Below are positions 30,631 through 46,784 of a stretch of DNA of 64,000 nt, in pieces. The DNA lies in assembly GCA_033442325.1 (NCBI GenBank), contig JAWQFM010000003.1, positions 62,001-126,000 of the forward strand, read 5' to 3'. The notes under the pieces are model-generated. The model did no database searches. It was not told the origin of the DNA and worked only from the letters and a program-made list of their open reading frames with translations. Source of the stretch: Salpingoeca rosetta (taxonomy: Eukaryota; Protista; Choanoflagellata). Position numbers and translations under genes: made by a program. The stretch's first letter is position 1. Each line of letters starts with the position of its first letter.

Positions 30631-33450
30631 ATGATGTCCTCCCACTCTGACAAGACATTCCTGTTGGACGAGGACGAGGACCTCGCGGGGGATGACAGAC
30701 CAAGCACAACCGCCGCAGTCGTCGGTGAGGCATGGGCGTTTGAGGATACAGACGCCAACACATCCGCGATTCTTACCCCAGCAACAGAAGACGACGCACC
30801 CCCAGCATACCACGCCGATCAGGAAGAGGAGCACGAGCGGAAGGATCGCCTCGCTGGCAACAGCTCGCACGCGGCTGCCACAGCGTCAAAACGGAACATG
30901 ATTGTATCCTCCTCAGCAAACGAGCAGGTGTATCCACACCACGCTCCTCCAACACGCGCTCAACACGGCCATGACGATGACGACAGCGATGACGACAGTG
31001 ACGCGTCAGCCTCACCCTCGTGCTGGCTGTTCAAGGCACACTGGTACCTGGTGTTCTTGTCCATGTTTGCTTTTGGCCAGAGCATGATCATCAGCGGCGT
31101 CTTCCCCATCAGCATCACGTCCATCACGCGCCAGCTCGGATACACAAACGCGCAGGTGGGCATCCTGCCATCGCTCTACGACGCCACCATCGCCATCACC
31201 GCCATCTTCATCACCCACCTCGGCCATCGCGCGCACAAGCCGCGCTGGTGCGGTTACGCCGCCATCATCTTCACGCTTGGCGCCCTCACCATGGCCGTGC
31301 CGGGCATCTCCTACAAGCCCACGTTCCACCCAGGCGACACCGACTCGGAAGCCCAAACACTGCCAGTCGCGGACCAGCAGGCAGCGGCAAACCAGTCAAG
31401 CGTCTCCCAGCTCCTGTGCTCGTTCACGCCGCGCCCGGACGCCTGCACAGCACTGCAGGCCGACTACTCACTGGGCAAGGTCTTGTTCCTCGTGTTTGTG
31501 CTGGGCGAGCTGCTGATGGCGGTTGGAGCGTCGCCAATCTACAACCTCGGCGTCAGCTTCATGGACGACAACGTCGACCCGGGCAAGACGTCCCTCTACG
31601 TCGCCACCATGTACACCGCAACGGCTGTGGGGCCAGCCATCGGCTTCCTGCTCGGGGGCGCATTTCTCTCCACCTACGTGACCCTGCACTCGCCACCCAC
31701 GGGCACGGATCAGGAGTCTGCAACGTGGATTGGCGCCTGGTGGCTGGGGATGATCGTCGCTGGGTGCATGACTGCCACAGCCGTCCCCTTTCTCCTCTCC
31801 TTCCCGAAAGCGCTGCCCGGCACGGCATGGATCAGGCGGCTGCGCGCCTCCGCCCATGCCGACGCCGGCAGCGCCCGCGGCAGCGAGGACGGCGGCAGCG
31901 AGATAAGCGCCATCCGCGGGCGTGCACAGCGGACACACGGGAGCCTGCGACTCCGTGGAGACAGCCAGACCGCATTTAGCGACGACGTGAGCAGCGATGC
32001 AGGCAGCATCAGCCCCCGCAGCACCACCCGCATGCTCTCTCCGCCGCGACAGTATGATGTCGGTGGCACGGAGAGCGAGACAGATGTGGATGACGCTGTA
32101 TCGCGGGCGTCTGCTGCCCACGACCACGCCACTTCGCCTGCTGCCGTGCTGCCATCCATGACACACGACGCCAGCGACTACGATGCCAACAACCAACACA
32201 GCGCGGATACACAAGCGATCAGGCCAGCATATGGGGCTGAGTCTGAGGGCACGGCGCCACGGCCGCTCGAGATGCGTTCTCCGCTCCGTCGCATATGGGC
32301 GGTGGTCACGGGCGCGGGGGCAGACGTGCGCGACATCCTGAGCAACCCGACCTTCACCGCCGTCTCTGTGGGGAACACGCTCGACGGGTTTATTGTCGGC
32401 GGCGTGGGCACGTTTCTGCCTGCGTTTGTGGAGACGCAGTTCCACGTGTCTGCCTCTGAGGCAAGCTTCTACACGGGGGTGGCCATCATCATGGGCGTGA
32501 CCACGGGCACCATGGCGGGCGGGTGGCTGGTTCGGCGCCTCAACCTCACCGCAAAGCAGACTGCCCTTGCCATTGTGTGCTTTGCTGTGATGACGCTGCT
32601 GTTTCTCAGCATGTTCCTCGTGACGTGCGCGACGCTTGATGTTGCCGGCGTCAACACCCCCTACAACTACATGCAGGACTCGCACGACATCGTCCCCGGC
32701 TGGGGCGACAACGTGACTGGGCCCGTGTGGGAAGGGTGCACGCCAGACTGCCACTGCTCCCTGCGCGACTTCCGTGCGGTGTGTCATCGCCCCACGGGTG
32801 TCACCTTCTTCACACCCTGCGCTGCAGGCTGCACACTGGACCTCTCTGCTGAGGGCATGTATGGCAACTGCTCCTGCGTCATACCCGCCAACACCACGAC
32901 GACAACAACGACGACAACAACAACAACGGCAATGCCAGCGACAACGCCTGTTGCTGGTGGTGGTGGGAATGGCACGTATGGCGAGGTGGTGCACGTTGGG
33001 CGGTGCAGCGGCAACTGCAACTCGCTTCCGGTCTTCCTTGTTCTCCTGTTTGCAGCCATGGTCACCCTGTTCATGGCAGCGGTGCCCGTCACGCAGGTGC
33101 ACCTGCGCTGTGTTGCCGAGGAGCAGCGCAGCATGGCGCTCGGCGTGTCGCAGGCCCTCTCGCGCCTCTTTGGCGCTGTTCCCGGCCCCATCATTGCGGG
33201 CGCCCTTCTTGATCGCGCGTGTTTGCTGTGGGAGGAGCGCTGCAACGGCACACGCGGCTCCTGTCTCCAGTACAACAACCCGCAAATGGCGCGGACGCTT
33301 GGCCTGGCCACCCTCATTGCGAAATGCGCGTCGGTGGTTGCGTACTTCTGGGGATACTACCGCTTCCCGCGCCACAGGGACGTTGCCTATCAATCTGACA
33401 AGAAGCAGATTTACGAGCTGCAAGAGCAAGGCGACGAGTCTGTGGCCTGA
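30631..33450 (+). CDS. Organic anion transporting polypeptide (OATP/SLCO), intronless
   Basis: Uninterrupted ORF with ~12 TM segments, [17 protein letters not shown], the family signature WIGAWWLG, a Kazal-like loop (CTPDCHC...AVC...FFTPCAAGC) and [13 protein letters not shown]. Confidence 0.95.
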   Translation: MMSSHSDKTFLLDEDEDLAGDDRPSTTAAVVGEAWAFEDTDANTSAILTPATEDDAPPAYHADQEEEHERKDRLAGNSSHAAATASKRNMIVSSSANEQVYPHHAPPTRAQHGHDDDDSDDDSDASASPSCWLFKAHWYLVFLSMFAFGQSMIISGVFPISITSITRQLGYTNAQVGILPSLYDATIAITAIFITHLGHRAHKPRWCGYAAIIFTLGALTMAVPGISYKPTFHPGDTDSEAQTLPVADQQAAANQSSVSQLLCSFTPRPDACTALQADYSLGKVLFLVFVLGELLMAVGASPIYNLGVSFMDDNVDPGKTSLYVATMYTATAVGPAIGFLLGGAFLSTYVTLHSPPTGTDQESATWIGAWWLGMIVAGCMTATAVPFLLSFPKALPGTAWIRRLRASAHADAGSARGSEDGGSEISAIRGRAQRTHGSLRLRGDSQTAFSDDVSSDAGSISPRSTTRMLSPPRQYDVGGTESETDVDDAVSRASAAHDHATSPAAVLPSMTHDASDYDANNQHSADTQAIRPAYGAESEGTAPRPLEMRSPLRRIWAVVTGAGADVRDILSNPTFTAVSVGNTLDGFIVGGVGTFLPAFVETQFHVSASEASFYTGVAIIMGVTTGTMAGGWLVRRLNLTAKQTALAIVCFAVMTLLFLSMFLVTCATLDVAGVNTPYNYMQDSHDIVPGWGDNVTGPVWEGCTPDCHCSLRDFRAVCHRPTGVTFFTPCAAGCTLDLSAEGMYGNCSCVIPANTTTTTTTTTTTTAMPATTPVAGGGGNGTYGEVVHVGRCSGNCNSLPVFLVLLFAAMVTLFMAAVPVTQVHLRCVAEEQRSMALGVSQALSRLFGAVPGPIIAGALLDRACLLWEERCNGTRGSCLQYNNPQMARTLGLATLIAKCASVVAYFWGYYRFPRHRDVAYQSDKKQIYELQEQGDESVA

Positions 33451-34294
33451 CTTTAGGGATGTCTTGCTTTGTGTGTGTGTGTGTGTCTGTGTGTGTCTGT
33501 GTCTGTGTGTGTGCGTGTGTGCGTGTGTGTGTATGGGTGTGTGTCTGTGTGTATGGGTGTGCGTGTGTGTGTATGGGTGTGTGTCTGTGTCTGTGTCTGT
33601 GTGTGTGTCTGTGTCCGTCTGTGTGTTGCTGGCGAGCTTATCCTTGGTAGCTCGTGTTCATTGTCGCGACGCTGATGTGCCAGGTCGCCTGCAGTGCTTC
33701 GTATTGCATGTAGCACACCAACCAGGCTTGCTAACCTTGTCGTAGACATCTTCTTTCTCTGTGCACCATCATTGTCGCTTCATTATTTTTTATCCGCTTA
33801 GGTTCTGTTCCCACGAGGTCACCCCCCCCCCACTTCCATATGCTTCCTGTAGGTTCTGCTGACGTTGTCTCATAGCGCAGACTGAGAGCTTTCGTGCTCA
33901 CGGCGCTGCACGAGTAAACAGTGACACAATGTTGAAGTTGACTGCTGAACGTTGAATGTTCAAGGTTGGATGCTGAATGTTGAATGTGTAACTTTACTTT
34001 GGGGCCCTTGGTTGCTCGGAATATTTCGCGGGACAACAAAGAGCCAGCTGGCATGTGAGGTCGTCGTGGTGGATGACTGCGTGGCTGAAGCAGCACAGTG
34101 AACAAGGATAACAAACAGCGGGGCAGCGGGGATGAACCAGGAAATGGCAAGTGCGCCAATTCATGCTTGTTCATATACACGCCAGGCGATGACCACAAAA
34201 AGAATGATGGCGGGTGTTGTTCTAGTGGTGGTGGTGGATAGTGAGGCCGGCGTGTTTGCGCTCCGCGTCACAGGTGCGCCTGCAGCTTTGCGAG

Positions 34295-36491
34295 TCACTG
34301 CACAATCTTGAGTGCCGTCTCCCGCTCTTGTTGCTGTCGGGAAGAGATGAGGACAGAGGCACAAAAAAAGGAAACAGTGGTACAAGACAGTGGGTGCAGG
34401 AATGCGTGCGTGAATGTGTAAGTGTATAAGTTATGAGCATTCGTAGATGAGCATGAGTGAACAGTGCCAGAGAGATTGCGTGTGCGTGTGTGTGCGTGTG
34501 TTCGTGTGTGTGTGTGTGTGTGCGTGTGTGTGTATGTGCGCGCGTGTGTTCGTGTGTGTGTGTGTGCGTGCGTGCGTGTGTGTGTGTGCGTGTGTGTGTG
34601 TGTGTGTGTGTGCGTATGTGTGTGTGTGTGTGTGTGTGCGTATGTGTGTGTGTGTGTGTGTGCAGTGGTGTGAATACGCGGACCCAGTGGAACGTGTGCA
34701 CAAGAGTTCCCGCCTCCACTCCATCCATCACATGCCGCCGACACGGACCAGTTCGTGCTCGGTTGCGCGCATCTTGTCACGCGAGAAATCGCTGATCTCC
34801 AGCCCCTCAACAACGCTGATGACGCCGTCCTGTCATTCAGACACACGCACACACATGTACACACATACGCACATGCCCGCGTGCAAGCACCAATAGCAGC
34901 GCGTGTGAGTGCAGCAAAGCAACTTTGACACGCAGCTCCACAGCGAAGACAGCGCGCAGTGCAATCCACACACAGCACGCAATACATCACGCAGCACACA
35001 GCACACAGCACACAGCACACAGCACACAGCACATAGCACGCATAACACACACGTGCAAGTGCGCGAACACCACCATACCTTGATGGTGACGGGCATGGAG
35101 AAGACAATGCCTGCGTTGATGCCGTACTTGCTGCCATCCGTCATCACACCCATCGACGTGAACTCGCCCTGCTCACCACCGCGTCACCATCGTGCGTGTG
35201 TGAAGCAAAGTACAAGTGAGTGGGCCTGCAACGCCTTGTGGATGTACACGGGCAAGCGGAAGTCAAACCAGTTGACCGTATCTGCCAGGACAGAACATGA
35301 CAACAGCTCCATGTGTGCGGAACGCGATGAGCAAACCACGGTGCTCACCTCCTTTGTGCCGTGCCACCAGACATGCATGTGGTCTGCCACAGCCTTTGCG
35401 GCCGACATGGCGCTGGACAGCTTGCGCGCCTTGATCACAGCAGCGCCACGCGTCTGCACAGCCTGTGGTGGCAGCGGTGGTGGTGGTGGTGACATGGGGT
35501 AACACGATGATGATGGTGAGACACGAGAAGCAAAGCTCGGTGTAGGGGTGCAGTTGGAACGCAACGCACGAGGAAGACAAACAAATGAAATCTGCCGAAC
35601 AAAACCCACAGGCAAATGCCACCCCATACTACAACACCACAGACAACTCGTCATTCGGCCACTGCAGCCAGTACCTTGATGAAGTCACCATGGAGCCATG
35701 CCTCGTCGCCAACGGCCTTCTTCACAGACGTGCGCGCGCCGTCAGCGCTCACAATCACGGCGTGCTCGACATCCGGGTACTGGGTGGAGGAGTGGTTGCC
35801 CCAGATGATGACGTTCTTCACCTGGCTCGTGTTGACGCCGGCGCGCTCGGCAACCATGGCACGCGCGCGGCTCTACACGCAGGAGAGGACGTGGGGAGGG
35901 TCGAAGGAGAGGGTGTAGGAGGGTGGGTTGGTGTGCGTCGAGAGGTGTGGCGAGTTGTGACGTGAATGGGGAGTGGCGGTGGTGGCAATGAAGAAGATGG
36001 TCAAGGACAATGTGTGTAGCGGGAGGATGGGAGGGAACAAGATGGGGGAAAGAGCCGGGGGTAGGGGGACAAACCAATGGCACGCTCATGGTTGCTTTCG
36101 AGTGACAGGGCAGAGATCAAAGTGCAGGAATGTAACGCATGAATGAAACAGATTTGCAGGTGCAGTCTGTGCTGTGGCTGGTGCACCGACCTGGTCGAGG
36201 TGGGTGAGTGCGGTAAACTGGGACTTTGGGATGCTGGGAGCAAACTCGGAGGTGACGAGGGCGTTGGTGTTGGCCGGGTTGCCGACAACGACAACACGCA
36301 CAGTCTTCTTGGCAACCTTGTCCAGCGCGGCGCCCTGCACCTTGAAGATGCCGGCGTTCTTCTCCAGCAGGTCCTTGCGGAGCATACCCTCGCGGCGTGG
36401 CATTGCACCAACCTACTTGGGCAGCGAGTGCACACGAAGGGACGTTGGTGTGCGTGCGCGTGTGAGCAGGTAGGTGTGAGTGAGGGGAGGG

Positions 36492-36522
<31 letters not shown>

Positions 36523-37234
36523 AACATAGGGACCACAGCAACACATTCGTGTGTCTGCATGCACGCACGCATGTACGCAGACACAGTGTGACACATTGCT
36601 ACGCGCACATGCAAATACCACACACACGCTCGCACCAGCATGGCTGCGTCGCAGTCCTTGAAGGCGACCATGGGATCGTCCGTGGCAACAATCTCTGCAC
36701 AGCACATTCCCCAGAGCAGCACAAGCACAGGAGGGAAACAAAGGGTTGGGGAATCGGAGGCTGTGTGAGGGCAAGACACCGCAGCAAGAGGTCGCAGCGA
36801 AAAAATAAAATAAAGAATGTTGTGAACATGCGCAGCAAAGAGCGAACTTACTGTTGACGAGCTCAAAGGCGCAGTCCGAGAGCTCCATGATGACTCCGTT
36901 GACCGTGCCCATCATGGGAGTGATGTCAAGCAGGTGCAGGTTCACGGGCTGCCACACATTGTCAGTGGCAGGGTTCATCGTCATCATGATGACGGTGGTG
37001 GTGGTGGTGGTGGTGGTGATCATGAGCTCAGCACAAAGCGCAGGTTGGGATGCGTGTAAGTGTATGATTGCGTGCATGCAAACGCTCATGGGTGGTGCGT
37101 GGAAGATGATGTCACACACCTGGTCCTCGCCAAAGACGTTGCCGCGGCAGATGAGGGGAAGAAGGGAGTAGGCGATCTGGCCGGCGGCGCCGGTCACGCA
37201 CACGTTGATGGGTTCCTGAACAAGTCATATGTGC

Positions 37235-37312
<78 letters not shown>

Positions 37313-37544
37313 ATGTGTGAGCAAGAGGGTGTGCACATGTGTGAGAACCAGTGCTGGATGGCAGATGACGTGAGACAACTCCACGACAACGAATGTCCGA
37401 CAAGACAACACACGGACGCACACAGCCTTGCACACCCACACGCATCTCATGCGCCCACGATCGCACCAAAACCACACAGATCATGCATCTATCCACCCGT
37501 AGGACATCCTGTGCAGTCCCCCCTCCCCTCACCTTCTGAGCCAT
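34295..37544 (-). CDS. MDH1: Cytosolic malate dehydrogenase
   Basis: [55 protein letters not shown] and [21 protein letters not shown]. About eleven exons. Confidence 0.97.
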
Positions 37545-37890
37545 GATGCTGGTGCTAAGAGGTGGAGAGAACGAGACGGTTGTGAATTGGCTGGATGGAT
37601 GGTCACTCGCGGTCAGTGAGTGGTCGGTCGGTTGGTTGAGCAGTGCGGAAAGAAAAATGATTTGTGTGCACAGTGGCAACGAAGCAACAACAAAGATCTG
37701 ATTGCACTTGTTGCTTTCGTTTGCTTTTCGTTCGCCCCAGACATTGCGTCACGCTCACATACAACTGAATTCAGTCACTGTGGTGTTGAGATGAATTGCA
37801 CATATTAATCGCCCGATATCGACCGCTGCAAACGACACAATCAGCAACAAGCAGCGCCATCTCGAACACGGAGACCACCATCACAACGCC

Positions 37891-40653
<2,763 letters not shown>

Positions 40654-40837
40654 TCTCCCTTGCCTGTCGATGTCTGTGTTTCTTCTGGGTGCAGAGAGAG
40701 AGAGAGAGAGAGAAAGGGAGGGGGGGGGCGAGGGAGGGTCTTGCTGTTCTGTTGTTCAGAGAGACACACACATAAACTCACAGCACAGAAGCAGCAAGGA
40801 AGTGAAGACAGCAAAAAGCAAAGCACACACACTGAAC

Positions 40838-41356
40838 ATGGCAACTGTTGGGCGAAGCACGCAGGAGACCACGTCTCAAGGCCAAGATGGGCAGCACCGC
40901 ATGCGCGTCGATGCCAAGTACAACCAGCTGAGCGAGTACAAGCCGAAGCTGCGCAAGGTCATGCTGGTGCTGAATGCCTTCTATCTCATCACCGCCATCG
41001 TCTCCGCATATGTGTACAAGCAGAACGGCTCCACCTACCTGCACCCTGCCATCTTCGCCGGCCTCGGGCTGCAGGTGCTGGCCAGCCGCGCCCTCAAGCG
41101 CAACAGCGCAGGCATCCTCGTCCTGTTCTCCACCCTCACCTCCGTCGCGGGCGCGTACCTGGTGTATGCGGGCGTGGGCCGCACCATGACCGTCATCGAG
41201 ATTGCCGGCGCGTCGCCGTTCACCATCTTCCTGCTCGTCGTCAACGCATTGGGGGCTCTCGGCCATCTTGTTGCCGTGTACTACGCTCGTCGCCTCGTCG
41301 ATGCCATGCGCATCACCGCCAGGCAGCGACCAACCAAGTCCAAGAAGGCCCAATGA
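40838..41356 (+). CDS. JAGN1: Jagunal homolog (ER membrane protein), intronless
   Basis: GQDGQHRMRVDAKY resembles the Jagunal N-terminal motif (GTDGSDFQHRERVA..Y). Four TM helices and a C-terminal dilysine-like KSKKAQ. Confidence 0.78.
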   Translation: MATVGRSTQETTSQGQDGQHRMRVDAKYNQLSEYKPKLRKVMLVLNAFYLITAIVSAYVYKQNGSTYLHPAIFAGLGLQVLASRALKRNSAGILVLFSTLTSVAGAYLVYAGVGRTMTVIEIAGASPFTIFLLVVNALGALGHLVAVYYARRLVDAMRITARQRPTKSKKAQ

Positions 41357-41398
41357 TTCTATGTCTGTGTCTCTGTGTCTGTGCCTGTATCTGTGTGC

Positions 41399-41462
<64 letters not shown>

Positions 41463-42091
41463 CTGTGTCTGTGTCTGTCTGTCTGCCTTTCTGTGCATGT
41501 GTCTGTGTGCGCGCGCTGCTTGCGCTTTCTTCGCACAGCACGCCCCTCTTCTCTTCTTGTTTGTCTTGGCGCTGCGTACTGCCTGCCGTGCTCTGGCGCG
41601 TGCAGTGCCAACTTTGGCCTGACTTGCCACGATGTGCCCATGTACCCACGCTGCTGTAGCTCGAACCAATGAACCGTGATGATTAATGCATGTGGCTGCT
41701 GCCTCTTTGGATACAAGTGCGCAGTGTTGCTGCACGCATGAGTGCACCGAGCGCACGGTGTGGAGACCTGCATGGCCCAACCGAGTGGGCCCAGCTCAAT
41801 GGCTGGAGTGTGGGCGCTTCGATCAATCCATTTCACGCGCAGACGGTTACAGAGGACGATGTCGGCACTCGTGTCGACGCCGTGCTGGCGGCGTGCGCTG
41901 ACACGTCCACGCCGTCAACTTGCAACGGTAACAACAGTCAGTTGACGGCAGAGAAGGGGAAGAGGAGAGGGAGTGTAGGTGCGGAGGCCTGCACTTTCTC
42001 TGGCTGACGCCGTCATTGGTGGTGTTGAGCTCATCGCCACTGCTGTTGTCACTCTGCTTGCATATGCCGCCATATGCACATGGAATGCCAG

Positions 42092-42203
42092 ATGCCGTAC
42101 TTCACGCTGCGTACGGGCGATCGGATCCCGGCCATCGGCATTGGCACGTTCACTGGCACGCGGTTAACGCAGCAGGCCGAGCCGGGCGACATGTACGACA
42201 ACA
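42092..42203 (+). pseudogene. Possible aldo-keto reductase N-terminal fragment
   Basis: MPYFTLRTGDRIPAIGIGTF matches the AKR start (xxLxTGxxIPxIGLGT). No continuation is seen before the convergent PRORP stop at 42378. Confidence 0.4.
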
Positions 42204-42377
42204 TCATGCCTCTAACGCGCTTTAATACACGACCATACCTGGACAAAGCACAGAAGCTTCCACAACACTTGCATTCGTGCACATTCCCATATGCACGCAC
42301 ACACGCATGCACGCACAAATGCATGATCACATGCACCTCCTCCTGTCCATTTGCTACTCCACACCATGTCTGTGCCG

Positions 42378-42613
42378 TCACCCGACGAGCTGGTCTGCAT
42401 ATGCGCAGCACAGCCAGGTGTTGTCGACACAGGGCAAGTGCCATGCAGTCTCGGTTGGCTGTGCGACGTTGTCATGCTTTGGCGGCCACATGAGGTTGAT
42501 GGTGGGCTGTCGGCTGCCTCGTTTGTACACCATATCGTAGCTGATGCAGTGCCCGCGCCGCCACCGGTCAAACAGATGTCCACCGGGTATCTGATTTGTG
42601 TGTGTGTGTGTGC

Positions 42614-42699
<86 letters not shown>

Positions 42700-43174
42700 G
42701 TTTGAGATCTTCATCCAGGCTCACACCGGCGGCACGTGAGCGCCCAGCGTCATCACAGCATCACCAACGGCAGGATGTCATCGCACCTTTGATACGCGGT
42801 ACATGTGGTCGCGGAACATGTCGTTCGTCAGCACGTATGAATGCGGCTGTGGGTGTGTGGGTGTGTAGCAATGGCGAAGCATAAGCAAGAATGGTGAGCT
42901 GTGTGAAACCATCTACAATTGGGGAGGGGGGGGGCTTGCAGAACAGTCATTGTTCCAAACACAACAGTGTGCAAGGAACGTCTTGCATGCACCAGCAAGA
43001 CCACACCCCACTCACCACCCCACCCATACCGCCACCGCCCCGTTCCAGGACACGCCGTATTGCATACCCGCAATTGGACGGCCGCACAGATGAATCGAAT
43101 GTCATCGGACAATTTGTCCGCCAGCAGCAGGAGGCGACCTGTTCCATTGCAAAAAAACGAGTTCGTGGTAAGCC

Positions 43175-43268
<94 letters not shown>

Positions 43269-45113
43269 ATATGCACTTGTGGCATCATCACACCACCCAC
43301 CTTCGTCCTGCAGCTCGTCTATTCTTGCTTGTTGCCAACGATCTGAACCGTCAACACATACACACACGTACACGCAAGTGCACACATCAGTTTGTGATGA
43401 ATGACTGTGAGTGCCGAAACTGGCAGTGCAATGCCGATCAGTTCATCAGCTCGTCCACCAACGGCATGAACGTTCATGACGCAACTGAGTCAAATGTCAC
43501 CCACTTGTGCGCTTGATGGCGTGGCGTCGCAGAACTACAACGTACGAATAACCGGCAGCCTGACAATCACACACAATGTGTGTTGTGTATGTGTGTTGTG
43601 CGTGTGCGTGTGCGTGCGTGTGCGTGCACGTGTGTGAGTGCTCAAAACTTTGGACGACCTCCACTCCATTCTCACGACCGCGAACAACAACGAACATCAG
43701 CATGCCCTCCACCAACACATACACCGGCATCACCTTGAGCTGGTGGGCGACAGCGAGAACGAGGTCGAGTTGAAACGCCTTCACGCCAAAGTGGCCGACG
43801 TTCAGCCCATCAATGAAAATCTCGACGTCACCCTGCACACACATGCACACACGCGCGCGTGCAGTGCAGGGCGATGCATGGGGTGGATGGAGGCGTCCTA
43901 CGTGTGAGACACAGCCCACACACCATCTCGAAATCATGCACACATGCACAAAAGGAACGTGTTCACTCACGCACAGCCGCACACACGCATGACACACACA
44001 AGTGTAACCACACACGCAGATGCCCGACAACACCCGCCCATTCACACGCACACACACATACGCTATTGACACACGCACACACATATGCTCTTACACACGT
44101 GAGTGCGCACTCACGAGGTTTTCGATCATTTGTTTGAGGCTTGCGACCTCCGTGTCCGGTACGCGCTCGTGCTGGAGATATTGCGTCACGGCGCCGCTCA
44201 GTTGCGAAAGGTCGTCGTCTGTCATGGAGACGGAGGTGGGGAGGCGGAGCGTGAAGGACGTGGCATGTGGTCATCACATGGAGAACAGAATGCATGTGCG
44301 CGTGTGTCTGTCTGTCTCTCTGTCTGTTTGTGTGCCTGTCTGTGTGTGTGTGTGTGTGTGCATGTGTGCATGTGTGTGTGCATGTGTGTGTGCATGTGTG
44401 CATGTGTGCCTGTATGTGTGTGTGTGTGTTGTGTGTGTTCACGTGCATGTAGACCATTGTACCTCGCAAGCGTGCGCATGAATACATGGCAGTACGTACC
44501 GCTGAGGGCGATGGGTCTGAGGGCATCTGCGCATGACATACATCGACCCGTGTGCTGCTCGATGGTGGTGGGCGCCACATCCCACTCGTCGCTTCGCCCA
44601 ACGTGCTCCAGAATGGCCGCGCACAGCCGCTCCCCAAGCGCTGGAGTCGTGATGTGGCGGCATGTGGTGGTGTGGTGGGTTCGTGTGATGGGGTGAAAAC
44701 TCGGGCGTTGGTGCCCATCATTTGCAGATGAAACAGAGTGTACACCACCGTTGCCTGAAGAGCAGGGAGCAAGCACACACACACACACGCACATACACAC
44801 GCCCACAACCACACGCTACAACCACACATACATCCACACACAAATGAATATGATTGATGCACGGGCACACGCAAACTCACGTTGATTTGATGTCTCGAAG
44901 AGGCGAAACAACACGGCCAATTGCTGAACACGTTCGTCTCCGCACAGCTGCTGCACCGCGCACTCGACCACAACCGCCAGCACATCGTTCATGCTCTCAT
45001 ATGCAGAGTGACCCTGCGACCGCAGTATGCAGGCGCGAGCACGTGAGTTCGGGCCGCATTGAGCACGGTGTATGTGTATGTGTGTGTGTGTGAGTACATG
45101 TTTGTGTGTGACT

Positions 45114-45158
<45 letters not shown>

Positions 45159-45490
45159 TCCCTGCTGCGCTGCAACCCTGCGTGTGTGAGCGTCTGTTCA
45201 TACCGGATATGGCATGCGCAGCTCGTCCATGACGCGCGAGACCTCCTCAATGGCGACCGTTGCGTCCACGCGCGCTCGTGTTTCGATCAGCTACGTCCCG
45301 GCAGCAGCCAGCCGTGGGAAGATGGTGCGACCATGATGCACAATGGCGAGAAGCAACGTGGTGTTGGTGAGAACAGTTGGCATCAAGCTACACACTCATT
45401 TCGAAACACCCGTGCGATCAAAACACCCACACACACACACACACACGCACACACACACACACGCACACACACACACGCACACACACACAC

Positions 45491-45537
<47 letters not shown>

Positions 45538-46688
45538 TATGAATGTGTGCGGGCGCAAGCAGTCAAACACGCCTCAACCGCGAACAAACACACACGCGCA
45601 CACAACAACCCGTCAACCGCACATGCTAAACCGCACATACACATACACATCACATACATAGCATCATCACCTTCCCCTTCCCGTTTGCTTGTGGCATTGC
45701 CCACCTTCCAGAAGGTGCGGTAGTGCGGGACAATATTGAAGCGACGCATGGTGTTGATGACGTCCTGCGCCAAGTCCAAGTCGTTGTTGGACGCGCAGAG
45801 TGCCACCAGCTTGGAGAGCACGTTCTCCGATGGCTGGTAGCCCACAGAGAGCAGCATCTCGTACGTCTGGAAGGCTTTGAGGGGCAGGTTCGCTGTTGCA
45901 AAGATGTAGAGGAGGGAGTGGAAGCTGGTGTCTGGCAGCAGAATGCCTTGGTCTGCAAGCGCAACCGATTTCTGCAGCAGCACAGACGCCATATCCACGT
46001 CCAGATCCTTTGTTGCACGATGGATGTCTCCCAGCATCGGGTGTTTGCTGACCAGCTTTGGCTGAGAAGTGCTTTCGCTGTCTCCGTGATCGCCAGACAG
46101 CGTGAGCACCCGCGCGTCCTTGCTCAGGATGCGGCGAATGTCGGCGCGCTCGCTCTCCGTCAGCGCCGCTGCAACTGTCGCTGTCGAAGCCGCTGAGCCC
46201 ACGGAAGCGGAGGAATACGTGGAAGTCCGCCACGCAGCGCTGCTCCTATGCAGATGTCGAATCGACGCCATCATTCGTGTCATCATCGCACCTGTCGTGC
46301 ATGTTCCTACTGTTGCTACTGGTGCTGTTGCCGTCGTTGTTACTGGTGCAACTGCTGCTGTTGTTGTTGGTGCTGCTGTTGCTGTTGATGATGCTGCTGC
46401 TGTGCATGCTGTTGGTGTTGTTGTTGTTTTTGATGATGCTGCTGCTGTGCATGTTGTTGGTGTTGTTGTTGTTTTTGGTGGTGCTGTTGTTGGTGCTACT
46501 TCTGTCACTGGTGCTGCCGTTCCCGTTACTGCAGTTGCAGCGGGCGCAAGCACGCTATGCGCCCTTGCAACATGACCTGTGTTCCACAGTGTACTGCGAC
46601 TCCTTGCCCACCGCACTGAACCACCACCGCCGCCGCCACACAATGCACACAATCCACCACCACGGGTCGCCAAGCGTGCCCACATCAT
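42378..46688 (-). CDS. PRORP: Protein-only RNase P (PPR + NYN nuclease), probably mitochondrial
   Basis: Arg-rich presequence (MMWARLATR...), PPR repeats (45705-46000), Zn motif GRCMSCADAL, NYN motifs IFIDGLNV, LSDDIRFICAA and VLTNDMFRDH, then FDRWRRGH and C-terminal AWHLPC...WLC. Confidence 0.9.
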
Positions 46689-46784
46689 CAACAACCAACG
46701 TGCCCACAGGACTCTGCGAGTGCGGAATGTTGTTTATGATACGCGTATATTTTCCACAACACGCGTCCGCGGAGAGAAGAGGCG

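Noticed and set aside
31468-33429. 653-aa minus-strand ORF
   Set aside because: Antisense shadow of the GC-rich OATP CDS; the same applies to 48240-49598 opposite the PPR gene.
33700-34200. AT-richer unique sequence between the OATP and MDH1 3' ends
   Set aside because: No recognisable protein motif or RNA structure; most simply convergent 3' UTRs.
36191-36210. MDH1 reads LTHLDQ instead of LTRLDH, suggesting inactivation
   Set aside because: The catalytic Asp, the substrate Arg three residues later (DQSRA, across the intron) and the His of WGNHS are retained.
43394-43450. Hammerhead-like TGATGA...GAAAC
   Set aside because: It lacks the initial C of CUGAUGA, and stems I and II do not pair properly.
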